Source of the DNA: Ignavibacteriaceae bacterium | Lineage (GTDB): Bacteria; Bacteroidota; Ignavibacteria; Ignavibacteriales; Ignavibacteriaceae | Direction: 5' to 3' | Assembly: GCA_049291095.1 (NCBI GenBank) | Contig: JBATOT010000125.1 | Coordinates: forward strand, 1,447 to 65,446 | Length of the DNA: 64,000 bases | Shown: piece after piece, positions 19,001 to 27,478 of the stretch | Numbering within the stretch: the first letter of the stretch is position 1 | Layout of the letters: each line of letters starts with the position of its first letter | Program-made: the position numbers and the translations under genes | The notes under the pieces: model-generated | Told to the model about the DNA's origin: nothing | Database searches by the model: none | Seen by the model: only the letters and a program-made list of their open reading frames with translations

Positions 19001-19600
19001 AAAATATTTCATAAGGTAATGGAAGAATCCATTTCAATTGAAAAACTGGATGATTTTATTATGAATAAATTGGATATTTATTCAGAAAGTTCTTCAATGT
19101 CGAAAAATAATATCGATAGATTAAAAATTGATTTAGGAAATTATTTTAAATCAAAAACGTGGCAAATGATTTCTCAATCCAAAAACTTTAAAAATGAATT
19201 TGAGATTTATGTTAAAGAAAAAGATTACTATTTACACGGAATAATCGATAAGATAATTTTTGAAGAAAACAAAATATTGATTTATGATTATAAAACTGAT
19301 GATATTGAGAAAAAAGAAATTAAAAAACACGCTGAATATTATTTAATGCAATTGAAATTTTATTTATATATTGCAAGCAGGTTATTTACTCAGTTTGACA
19401 CTTATGAGGGTAGTTTAGTTTTTGTAAAACATCCCGATGATATTGTTACCCTAAATTTTAATAAAAATGATATCCAAAATCTTGAAAATGAAATCTCTGT
19501 CATCATTGAGTTTATAAGAAATAAAAATTCGGAAAAGAAAATTAGCCACTGTAATGTGTGTTCTTTTTCTGATTCATCAAATAAATGTATAATTAATTAA
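16019..19600 (+). CDS. UvrD/AddA-type superfamily-1 helicase fused to a RecB-family PD-(D/E)XK nuclease domain with flanking Cys cluster
   Basis: Walker A ANAGSGKTF, MVDEFQDTNEIQ, YVALTRAKDELYIS. C-terminal nuclease motifs GIIDKI...IYDYKTD and QLKFY. Cys residues at NQCPLKY and HCNVCSFSDSSNKC. Confidence 0.85.
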   Translation: MSLLTPHQSSALNTSGHMALTANAGSGKTFVLARKYLDALIKDNLDISGVAAITFTEKAASELYLKISLLIDEKLNECENFSEKKRLEKVRRQLVSANISTIHSFCISILRDYPVEAQLDARFVPIDEKLSEELIELSVEEMIRSSFDDKMLSEELKYLIRILSSKSKLQNQIVKLIQNRKNVYTLQKNLYSSDIKSIAEYFSKIFEDSFINIWQKKEKDFIKAMQIINSQVLNDDNSNSSALEIQSELNLIDNQVDISLILKSFERIKRLAFTDKLTIRKRSYLSNDSVKLLANQIRKVESILDEFKNIEFHEDFSVVELELAKFGKTLLSFFDFAIKNYEAKKRLDGYIDFEDILLHTKLLLQNSEVQKKLVEKFKFIMVDEFQDTNEIQYQIFLPILDHLKGGKLFIVGDEKQSIYKFRDAEIEIFNRTRNDIKKSVGFSNLLVLPDSFRMAPNICVFCNYIFKELFNEPDEQFGEVPSTDLVCARIDDVKGKVQFLVSITNGDNDSITESELIARKILEIINEGLYSFKDISILVRKRKHFNDLEKIFIKYKIPYTIIGGRGFYQRQTISDIYNYLSFLADKNNNKALIGILRSPFFNVSDSKIYQLSLGQSKNYWAKLNNVEDDNQIRTICNILKENLALCSSMSLPQLIYKIITDTNYLLVLSARNDGEQEIANITKLVNIARNFNASGFRNLYDFLSYLNDSIENQADESQAGISLNNNAVQMMTIHQSKGLEFPIVFLIRTDESGLSSSIKSGEVKVDKKYGLLTKVPLNQNYFEDYHSAPITFLHNYYEEKKSNAELKRLLYVALTRAKDELYISTTIKKDASFKKDSFINLLSRGIKNDLLSNEVLITDNLEYLKLDDNHYKNIRNSVELKIPIICEIENVIYTQSTNLEKEYDIEINLSSISTPEKGEIISASKVSIYNQCPLKYILTYDYGFSKLNSEYKTYYLQPSKGYSNDFTEHEEDHSDDRFITFGSKMQNNDSALYGKIFHKVMEESISIEKLDDFIMNKLDIYSESSSMSKNNIDRLKIDLGNYFKSKTWQMISQSKNFKNEFEIYVKEKDYYLHGIIDKIIFEENKILIYDYKTDDIEKKEIKKHAEYYLMQLKFYLYIASRLFTQFDTYEGSLVFVKHPDDIVTLNFNKNDIQNLENEISVIIEFIRNKNSEKKISHCNVCSFSDSSNKCIIN

Positions 19601-19625
19601 GGGGAGACCTCAATTAAGGTTCAAT

Positions 19626-20081
19626 ATGAAAAAACAAATAACACAACTTAGAGACATTGCCGAAATTGAAAAGCAGCTATTAAAAGCTCAATCTGGCATT
19701 TTATGTATACATCTGTCAAATGAAAAACTTATGCAATTTGCATGCAATTTTGTATATCTGGATAAGAATATTTATACATATCTTGACAGCACAGTTGAGA
19801 ATTTTGAATATGTTAAGTATGGTTCAGCAGGAACGTTTTCAATATCTTCTAACGAAACCAACGTAAATTCAAAAGAGTTTACATACAGATTGTCGTTTAT
19901 AACTATTAATGGTGAAATAAAAGATATTGACGATACTAAACTTCGTGAACAAATAACTGAGTTATACAGATTAAAATATTCTGCAAAAATTAATGCAAGT
20001 GATTATATCCTCAGTGATAACCTGAAACCAATTATTCTAGACACGAATGAAATCAAAGCATTGATAGAAGAGGGAATTTAA
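19626..20081 (+). CDS. Hypothetical protein (possibly PNPOx-like split-barrel fold)
   Basis: 151-aa ORF with coding-like composition, followed by a terminator hairpin. The family assignment is a weak impression only. Confidence 0.35.
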   Translation: MKKQITQLRDIAEIEKQLLKAQSGILCIHLSNEKLMQFACNFVYLDKNIYTYLDSTVENFEYVKYGSAGTFSISSNETNVNSKEFTYRLSFITINGEIKDIDDTKLREQITELYRLKYSAKINASDYILSDNLKPIILDTNEIKALIEEGI

Positions 20082-20107
20082 ATCTAATTTAAGGTGTAAA
20101 TTATATA

Positions 20108-20142
20108 AGAGATGATATCGATTCTGTTTAAATATCATCTCT
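20108..20142 (+). terminator. Rho-independent terminator
   Basis: Perfect 11-bp stem AGAGATGATAT / ATATCATCTCT with a 13-nt loop, followed by TTCTATTT. Confidence 0.65.
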
Positions 20143-20199
20143 TTCTATTTATAATAATGACTCATTAATTTATTCTCTACTTAACTAAGGAGAATTATC

Positions 20200-21825
20200 T
20201 TGTTAAACTACGTTTGGATCTCTTTATTATTCCTTGGTCTCGCATCCGCACTATTCATAGATATATCAGACATCGCAGATAACAAATACAATAATGATGT
20301 TCCATTATCTGTAACAATTAAAACTACTAATCTAAAAACTTCCGGTGGATTTAATTGTGAAGTAAGTATTGAAAAGGAAAGCTTTAATATTTTCTTCAAG
20401 TCGAATGAAAAAGAAAATATTACTTTAAATGCGGTTGGTTCTTTTACAGAAGATCAAAAAGCTATTCAGCTTTATGTTAAAACTGATGAGAATTCTCCAG
20501 AAAAACTTATTGTTGTTGCTAAAGCATCTGGTAAAGATAATGATATACTAGCACGAGCAAGTATAATTTCTAAACAAGATAGTGTTACTTATTCATCAAA
20601 GGTTTATTTTGAAAAAATTAGTTTCCTATCGATGAAGCGTGTTACGAATGATTCTATTAATATAGCCGGAACAGCAGTCGAAATCGCGTTAGGTTTAATA
20701 GGAATTATGGCAATGTGGCTTGGAGTGATGAAAGTTGCTGAACAAGCTGGTTTGATAAAAATTATTGCGAGCTGGCTTAGACCTGTTACAAAAAGATTAT
20801 TCCCTGAAGTCCCACCCGATCATCCAGCTGTTGGATCTATGGTTATGAATATTTCTGCAAATATGCTTGGATTAGGAAATGCTGCAACTCCGTTTGGGCT
20901 AAAGGCTATGGAAGAATTGGATACGTTAAATCCAAATAAAGGGACTGCAACTAATTCTATGGTTACATTTTTAGCAATTAACACTGCGGGAATGACAATT
21001 ATTCCTGCAACAGCAATTGCAATTCGTGCTGCTGCCGGTAGCGCCGATCCAACAATTATAATTGCTACTTCTTTGTTTGGATCAACCTGTGCAACAATAA
21101 CAGGATTAACAGTTGCAAAACTGTTTGAAAGATTTCCAATCGAAAAAAATGGTTATGGAAGTTGGTTTAAAAGTAATCTTAAATTCTTGATAACAGTTCT
21201 CTCGATGATTTCTGTTTTGATTTTAACATTTGCAACCGGATTTTCATCAGTGATTGCTTCAGCATTTAGTTTTCTTCCTCCAACTTTCTTTAAAGATGCA
21301 ATTCAGATTGTATCAACATTGGCAATTCCATTTTTCATTTTTGTTTTTATTGGATACGGCGTGATCAAAAAAGTAAAAGTATATGAACAGTTTGTTGAAG
21401 GAGCAAAAGAAGGATTTAATATTGCAATAAGAATTATTCCATACTTAGTTGCAATGCTTGTAGCAATTGCAATTTTTAGAGCCGGTGGTGCAATGGATAA
21501 CTGGTTAATTCCATTATTGCGTATTGTTACTGATCCAATAGGAATGCCCGCTGAAGCTCTGCCAATGGCGCTGATGCGTCCATTATCTGGTAGCGGTTCA
21601 TTAGGAGTTATGGCAGATATAATTGCTGTTCACGGAGCAGATTCATTCATTGGAATTTTAGTTTCAACATTTTTTGGAAGTTCTGAAACCACATTTTATG
21701 TTCTTGCAGTTTACTTTGGTGCCGTAAATATTAAAAACACTCGCCACGCTTTAGCCGCAGGATTAGCTGCTGATATCGCAGGTATGTTAGGTGCATTGTT
21801 TATAGTTAAGCTTTTGTTTGGGTGA
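20200..21825 (+). CDS. Nucleoside-recognition (Gate) domain membrane protein, SpmA/SpmB-like fusion
   Basis: 541 aa. SpmA-like segment (GLIGIMAMWLGVMKVAEQAGLI..., NISANMLGLGNAATPFGLKAM) and SpmB-like C-terminal half. An extra segment of about 150 aa lies after TM1. TTG start. Confidence 0.7.
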   Translation: MLNYVWISLLFLGLASALFIDISDIADNKYNNDVPLSVTIKTTNLKTSGGFNCEVSIEKESFNIFFKSNEKENITLNAVGSFTEDQKAIQLYVKTDENSPEKLIVVAKASGKDNDILARASIISKQDSVTYSSKVYFEKISFLSMKRVTNDSINIAGTAVEIALGLIGIMAMWLGVMKVAEQAGLIKIIASWLRPVTKRLFPEVPPDHPAVGSMVMNISANMLGLGNAATPFGLKAMEELDTLNPNKGTATNSMVTFLAINTAGMTIIPATAIAIRAAAGSADPTIIIATSLFGSTCATITGLTVAKLFERFPIEKNGYGSWFKSNLKFLITVLSMISVLILTFATGFSSVIASAFSFLPPTFFKDAIQIVSTLAIPFFIFVFIGYGVIKKVKVYEQFVEGAKEGFNIAIRIIPYLVAMLVAIAIFRAGGAMDNWLIPLLRIVTDPIGMPAEALPMALMRPLSGSGSLGVMADIIAVHGADSFIGILVSTFFGSSETTFYVLAVYFGAVNIKNTRHALAAGLAADIAGMLGALFIVKLLFG

Positions 21826-21830
21826 GATTG

Positions 21831-22781
21831 ATGAAAGTATTTATAACCAGAGATATTCCTTCTATTGGAATTGATTTGCTTAGAAAAAAAGGTTTTGAAG
21901 TTTCTGTTTATAAAAAAGATCAACCAATTTCTAAAAATGAACTTGTGAAATCTGTTAAAAATTGTGATGGGGTGATTTCTATGTTGTCTGATAAATTTGA
22001 TAAAGAAATTATTGATTCAATAAAGAATTGCAAGGTTATTGCAAATTATGCAGTTGGTTTTAACAATATTGATGTTGAATATGCAAAGAGTAAAGGAATC
22101 GTTGTAACAAACACACCGGATGTTCTTACTGATTCAACTGCAGATTTAACGATGGCACTTGTATTAGCCTGTGCAAGAAAAATTTCGGAATCAGAAAAAC
22201 TAGTAAGAGATAAAAAATTTGTTGGATGGAAACCAAAATTACTTTTGGGAATGGAATTGCGAAACAAGTATTTTGGAATTCTTGGCGCTGGTAGAATAGG
22301 AACGGAGGTTGCAAAAAGAGCACATTCTTTTGGTTGTAAAATTATTTACTATTCTAATTCTAAAAACAAGTTTCTTGAAAGCGAATTAAAAGCAAAAAAA
22401 TTATCACTTACCTCAATCCTAAAAAAATCTGACATAATTTCGTTACATCTACCTTTAAATCCGAAATCAAAAAATCTTTTAACCAAAGAAATGTTAGATT
22501 TGTTAAAACCATCTTCAATATTTATAAATACTGCTCGTGGGGAAATAGTTGATGAATCCTACTTGATTAAAATGCTAGAGCAAAATCAAATTGCATCTGC
22601 GGGATTTGATGTTTACCAAAATGAACCCGATCTAAATAAAGAATTTTACAGACTTAAAAATATTGTTTTGTTGCCTCACATTGGTAGCGCAACTATTGAA
22701 GCCAGAAATAATATGTCATTACTTGCGGCAAAAAATATAATTGCCGTTTTATCAGGAAAACGGGCAATTACTCCGGTTTAA
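21831..22781 (+). CDS. D-isomer-specific 2-hydroxyacid dehydrogenase (glyoxylate/hydroxypyruvate reductase-like)
   Basis: NAD-binding motif GILGAGRIGTEVAKR, catalytic region NTARGEIVDE and LPHIGSAT. The ATG at 21831 lies just after the upstream TGA at 21823-21825. Confidence 0.85.
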   Translation: MKVFITRDIPSIGIDLLRKKGFEVSVYKKDQPISKNELVKSVKNCDGVISMLSDKFDKEIIDSIKNCKVIANYAVGFNNIDVEYAKSKGIVVTNTPDVLTDSTADLTMALVLACARKISESEKLVRDKKFVGWKPKLLLGMELRNKYFGILGAGRIGTEVAKRAHSFGCKIIYYSNSKNKFLESELKAKKLSLTSILKKSDIISLHLPLNPKSKNLLTKEMLDLLKPSSIFINTARGEIVDESYLIKMLEQNQIASAGFDVYQNEPDLNKEFYRLKNIVLLPHIGSATIEARNNMSLLAAKNIIAVLSGKRAITPV

Positions 22782-22851
22782 TTTCCTTTATATTTGATTG
22801 CTAATCAGAGATACCAATCGTAATTTTGAAACAAAAAAAAGAGAAGTTTAC

Positions 22852-23973
22852 ATGAGATTTGGAATACCAAAAGAAACTCTATATGAAGAAAAAAGAGTTG
22901 CATTAGCTCCTGCTGGAGTAGATGCTTTAGTAAGAGCCGGTCACACAGTTTACATTCAAAATGGGGCAGGTGAGGGTAGCCATTTTAGCGATGAAGAGTA
23001 TCGTAAAACCGGTGCCCAAATTGTTTACTCCGCAGAAGAAGCATTTGCCAGAGCGGAAGTGGTTGTAAAAGTTGCACCGCTATCAGAAATTGAAGCAGAA
23101 TATCTTCAGGAAAATCAAACTCTTTTTTCTTTTCTTCATCTTGCGATTGGCAAAAGAAAAATTATTGATCAACTACTTAAGAAAAAAATTACTGCAATCG
23201 GTTATGAGTTAATTGAAGAAGAAGACAGGCTTCCTGTTTTACATTCTATGAGTGAAATTGCCGGTCAGCTTTCCATCCAGGTTGCTGAAAGATATCTTGA
23301 AAGTTTTAGTGAAGGCGGCAGAGGTATTTTACTTGGTGGTATTACAGGAGTCGCACCTGCAGCTGTTGTAATTCTTGGTGCCGGAGTTGTTGGTGTTACA
23401 GCTGCGCGTGCAGCTCTTGGCAGAGGTGCACAGGTAATTGTTATTGATAAAGATTTAAATCGATTAAGAAATATTGATCTTACCTTTAGTAAAAATGTGA
23501 CGACGGTTGTTGCAAATCCTTATACAATTTCTCGCGGTGTTAGGTTTGCAGATGTTTTAATTGGAGCAGTATTAATTAAAGGCGAAAAAGCTCCTAACAT
23601 TGTTACAGAAGCAATGGTTAAAGAAATGAAAAAAGGTTCTGTAATCGTTGATGTGTCAATAGATCAGGGAGGTTGTATTGAAACTAGTCACATAACAACT
23701 CAATCGGATCCTGTTTACAGAATGCACGATGTAATACACTACTGTGTTCCCAATATGCCAGCTATTGTATCCCGTACTGCAAGTTATGGATTGAACAATG
23801 CATCGCTTGGTTACATACAGGATATTTCAGAAAATGGTTTATCAAATGCTTTACTTGGTGATTCAGGATTATCAAAAGGTGTTTGTACTTACAATGGATA
23901 TTGCTGTAATGAATCCATTGCACATACGTTTAATGTAGAGTATAGAAGATTACATATTTTTTCCAGCAATTAG
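22852..23973 (+). CDS. ald: Alanine dehydrogenase
   Basis: N-terminus MRFGIPKETLYEEKRVALAPAGV and Rossmann motif VVILGAGVVGVTAARAALGRGAQV. The ATG at 22852 gives the canonical N-terminus, and the extension back to 22798 has no homology. Confidence 0.85.
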   Translation: MRFGIPKETLYEEKRVALAPAGVDALVRAGHTVYIQNGAGEGSHFSDEEYRKTGAQIVYSAEEAFARAEVVVKVAPLSEIEAEYLQENQTLFSFLHLAIGKRKIIDQLLKKKITAIGYELIEEEDRLPVLHSMSEIAGQLSIQVAERYLESFSEGGRGILLGGITGVAPAAVVILGAGVVGVTAARAALGRGAQVIVIDKDLNRLRNIDLTFSKNVTTVVANPYTISRGVRFADVLIGAVLIKGEKAPNIVTEAMVKEMKKGSVIVDVSIDQGGCIETSHITTQSDPVYRMHDVIHYCVPNMPAIVSRTASYGLNNASLGYIQDISENGLSNALLGDSGLSKGVCTYNGYCCNESIAHTFNVEYRRLHIFSSN

Positions 23974-24022
23974 TTTTTAGAATTTTATATAAAGATTTGA
24001 ATTATTAAAAAGAGAATTTGAA

Positions 24023-25378
24023 ATGACATCAACAGAAGAGATAGTAGCAAAAAATCCAATACCAACAAATTTACTTCGTATCTATAATCAAAAATTAGTT
24101 AGCTCAGATGAAGCAGTTAAACAAATAAAATCGGGTGATAATGTAATAGTTCAACCAGGTTGTGCTGTTCCATCTGAACTGATCAGAGCTTTGGTACGAA
24201 GAAAAGATGAACTTGAAAATGTAACAATGTATCACATTCTTATTGTGGGTGATTTACCTTACCTTCAACCAGGAATGGAAAAACATTTTAAACATAAAGC
24301 TTTTTTCATCGGAGCTAATGCAAGAAAATCAATTAATGAAGGAAGATCTGAATTTATCCCAATATTTTTATATGAGGTTCCATTACTATTTAAATTAGGA
24401 AGAATAAATACAGATGTTGCATTATTAAATGTTTCGCCGCCGGATGAACATGGTTTTTGTAGTTATGGAGTTGATGTTGGCACGATAAAAACTCCTGCTG
24501 AAAAATCTAGAATTATTATTGCACAAATAAATAAACATCAGCCAAGAACACTTGGTGATTGCTTTATCCATATCAATAAAATTAATTATATAGTTGAGTA
24601 TGATGAACCATTAAAAGAGCTTCCACAAGTTGATCCTGATGCAACTCCGGAAGTTTTAGCGGTGTTTGATAAGATAGGACAAAATGTTGCAAATCTTATT
24701 GAAGATGGTTCAACATTACAAATGGGTATTGGTGCAATTCCTGATTCCGTTATGAAATATTTATTTGATAAAAAAGATTTGGGAATTCATACGGAGATGT
24801 TTTCTGATGGAATGATTGATCTTGTTGAAGCTGGAGTGATTAATGGTGAAAAGAAAACACTACATCCAGGGAAAATTATTGCAGGTTTTGTTTTAGGTAC
24901 AAGGCGAGCATATGATTACATTGATAACAATCCGGTTTTTGAATTTCATCCGCAAGAATATGTAAACGATCCCTTTATCATTGCAAAGAATAATAAAATG
25001 GTTGCAATCAATTCTGCTTTAGAGATTGATCTTACAGGCCAGGTTTGCGCTGATTCTATCGGTACAAGATTGTATTCTGGTATAGGCGGGCAAGTTGATT
25101 TTATTCGTGGTGCCTCAAAATCTGATGGTGGTAAACCAATCATCGCACTCCCAGCCTCAACTAAAGATGATAAAATATCACGTATAGTTCCTACATTAAA
25201 AACCGGTGCTGGTGTTGTTACATCAAGAGGTGATGTTGATTATGTTGTTACTGAGTACGGCGCTGTAAATTTATGGGGAAAAACTATTCAGGAAAGGGCT
25301 AAAGCATTAATCTCTATAGCTCATCCAAAGTTTAGAGACGAATTGACAAAGTACGCAAAAGAAACTTTTTATATTTAG
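24023..25378 (+). CDS. Acetyl-CoA hydrolase/transferase family protein (4-hydroxybutyrate/succinyl-CoA:acetate CoA-transferase-like)
   Basis: The length (451 aa) and motifs (LQMGIGAIPD, HTEMFSDG, NSALEIDLTGQVCADS, GGQVDF) are typical of this family. Confidence 0.85.
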   Translation: MTSTEEIVAKNPIPTNLLRIYNQKLVSSDEAVKQIKSGDNVIVQPGCAVPSELIRALVRRKDELENVTMYHILIVGDLPYLQPGMEKHFKHKAFFIGANARKSINEGRSEFIPIFLYEVPLLFKLGRINTDVALLNVSPPDEHGFCSYGVDVGTIKTPAEKSRIIIAQINKHQPRTLGDCFIHINKINYIVEYDEPLKELPQVDPDATPEVLAVFDKIGQNVANLIEDGSTLQMGIGAIPDSVMKYLFDKKDLGIHTEMFSDGMIDLVEAGVINGEKKTLHPGKIIAGFVLGTRRAYDYIDNNPVFEFHPQEYVNDPFIIAKNNKMVAINSALEIDLTGQVCADSIGTRLYSGIGGQVDFIRGASKSDGGKPIIALPASTKDDKISRIVPTLKTGAGVVTSRGDVDYVVTEYGAVNLWGKTIQERAKALISIAHPKFRDELTKYAKETFYI

Positions 25379-25383
25379 ATAAA

Positions 25384-26091
25384 ATGGTAGCAGTAATTGG
25401 AGATATTCACGGTTGCTATTTTACTTTAAAAAATCTGGTTGAAAAAATTATAGTCAAGTATCCGGATATTCCGATTTATTGCGTAGGTGATCTTGTGGAT
25501 AGGGGAAATTACTGTTTTGAAGTGATAGAATATATAAAATCTAAAAACATTCAGTGTGTTATTGGTAATCACGATTATATGTTTTACTCTAATATGCGAG
25601 ATCCATTTAGCATAATGGCAAAATCATGGAACTATAATGGGTCTGAAACTACTCTGATATCCTACAAAGACAAACTTAACCAAATGGATGAACATCTAGA
25701 TTTTATTATAAGCCTTCCTCTCTTTTACAATCTTAATGACTGTTTTATTTCGCATGCAGGAATTGCAAAATCTATAAAAAGTAAACTTCCTGAAAATATT
25801 TTGGATGATGATGCCAAGTTGAATAAAATATTAAGTGATGATTTATTTAACCAAAATAGTATAATCTGGACGCGGAGTGATTTACTAAATATCGGCAAAC
25901 TTCAGGTAGTAGGGCACACACACCGCAAAGAAGTTTATTTTGATAAAGATTCAAATGCAATATTTATCGATACAACAGCATTTGGTAATAATATGCTTAG
26001 TGCCGCAATAATTGATCAAAGCTGCCTGGTAGAAATTATCTATGAAAAAACTTGTATTGACGATGTAAATAAAAATTGGATCAGATTTTAG
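25384..26091 (+). CDS. Metallophosphoesterase (PPP-family Ser/Thr phosphatase / ApaH-like)
   Basis: Motifs GDIHGC, GDLVDRG, GNHD and ..VGHTH. Confidence 0.8.
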   Translation: MVAVIGDIHGCYFTLKNLVEKIIVKYPDIPIYCVGDLVDRGNYCFEVIEYIKSKNIQCVIGNHDYMFYSNMRDPFSIMAKSWNYNGSETTLISYKDKLNQMDEHLDFIISLPLFYNLNDCFISHAGIAKSIKSKLPENILDDDAKLNKILSDDLFNQNSIIWTRSDLLNIGKLQVVGHTHRKEVYFDKDSNAIFIDTTAFGNNMLSAAIIDQSCLVEIIYEKTCIDDVNKNWIRF

Positions 26092-26113
26092 TTTTTAGAT
26101 TATGCTGTAACTA

Positions 26114-27478
26114 TTATTCTTCCGGGAATGATTGTATAGAAAGCTTATCCAGTTTACTTCTAAGAGTTGTGCGTGGAATTTTTAAAATCTTTGCTGCGCC
26201 GGTAACATTATTTCCGGACTTATCTAATGCCCAGTTAATTATTTGTTTCTCTTTTGATAAAATGTACTTATCAAATCCATCATATTCTGCAAAAGAATCA
26301 GTTTTTGATTTTTCAATTTCCTTACTGTTTAACAATGGATCTAGAACAGATGTATTTAAATATTGATTGGGTGACAGTGCAATAATCCTTTCTGTTATAT
26401 TTTCAAGTTCTCTTACATTGCCTGGCCAATCGTATTTGTTAAGTAATGAATAAATGTTATCATCCACATACTGAATTTTTCCTTCAGCACCATGTTTTTT
26501 TAAGAAATGTATAAGCAATTCAGGAATATCCTCTTTTCTATCTCTAAGAGGTGGAAGAACAATTGGGATAATGTTTAATCTGTAATAAAGATCTTCACGA
26601 AAAAGTTTTTTGTCGACACGTTCTTTAAGATCAACCTTTGTTGCACAAACAATTCGCACATCAATGGGTATATTTTCAGTGCTGCCAACACGCGAAATCT
26701 CTTTTTCCTGCAGCACACGCAATAATTTTACTTGCATAGTCAAGGGAAGATCATCAATATCATCAAGCAGCAATGTACCGCCGTTGGCTTTTTCAAAATA
26801 TCCAATATGTCTTTTTACTGCGCCAGTAAAAGCCCCTTTCTCGTGCCCAAACAATTCACTTTCAATTAGTGTTTCCGGAATTACGGCACAGTTAATTGCA
26901 ATAAAATCTTTCTCCTTCCGTAATGAAAGATTATGGATTGTTCGTGCACATAATTCTTTACCTGTTCCGCTTTCACCCTGGATTAAAACGGTATAATCTT
27001 GTGGAGCGATCATATTAATCATATCAAGAAAAGCTTTTACCTTTGTAGATGAACCGATTATATTCTTCTTTTCAAAAAGTTCTAGCCTGCTTTTTAGCTT
27101 TACATTTTCTGAGAGTACATTACTTAGCTGCTCAATGTGTTTTAAAATACTTAATAACTGCTCAGGTGAAAAAGGTTTAAGCAAGTAATCATATGCTCCA
27201 AGTTTTAATGATTCGATTGCTGTTTCGATGGTTGCATAAGCGGTAATAATTATCACAATAATATTCGTATCAATCTCTTTTGCTGATTTTAAAATATCCA
27301 GGCCATTAGTACCTGGTAACCTAAGATCAGTTACTACAACATCATACTTATTGCTTTTTAATGAATTAAGTGCTTCAGTTCCATCTCCGAAGCTACTCAC
27401 ATCGTAATTCTCTTTTTTTAGAATATCTGTTAAAGTTTTTCTAGTAATTTTTTCATCTTCAACTAACATTATTTTCAT
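26114..27478 (-). CDS. Sigma-54-dependent response regulator (NtrC family: REC-AAA+-HTH)
   Basis: Receiver domain (VVVTDLRLPG), Walker A GESGTGKE, sigma-54 contact loop GAFTGA (EKGAFTGAV), and a C-terminal Fis-type HTH (AAKILKIPRTTLRSKL). Confidence 0.93.
   Translation of the reverse strand: MKIMLVEDEKITRKTLTDILKKENYDVSSFGDGTEALNSLKSNKYDVVVTDLRLPGTNGLDILKSAKEIDTNIIVIIITAYATIETAIESLKLGAYDYLLKPFSPEQLLSILKHIEQLSNVLSENVKLKSRLELFEKKNIIGSSTKVKAFLDMINMIAPQDYTVLIQGESGTGKELCARTIHNLSLRKEKDFIAINCAVIPETLIESELFGHEKGAFTGAVKRHIGYFEKANGGTLLLDDIDDLPLTMQVKLLRVLQEKEISRVGSTENIPIDVRIVCATKVDLKERVDKKLFREDLYYRLNIIPIVLPPLRDRKEDIPELLIHFLKKHGAEGKIQYVDDNIYSLLNKYDWPGNVRELENITERIIALSPNQYLNTSVLDPLLNSKEIEKSKTDSFAEYDGFDKYILSKEKQIINWALDKSGNNVTGAAKILKIPRTTLRSKLDKLSIQSFPEE

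Noticed and set aside
26076-26996. Plus-strand ORFs 26076-26366 and 26610-26996
   Set aside because: They lie entirely antisense to the well-supported NtrC-type activator gene, have low-complexity Ser/Leu-rich translations, and show no motifs.
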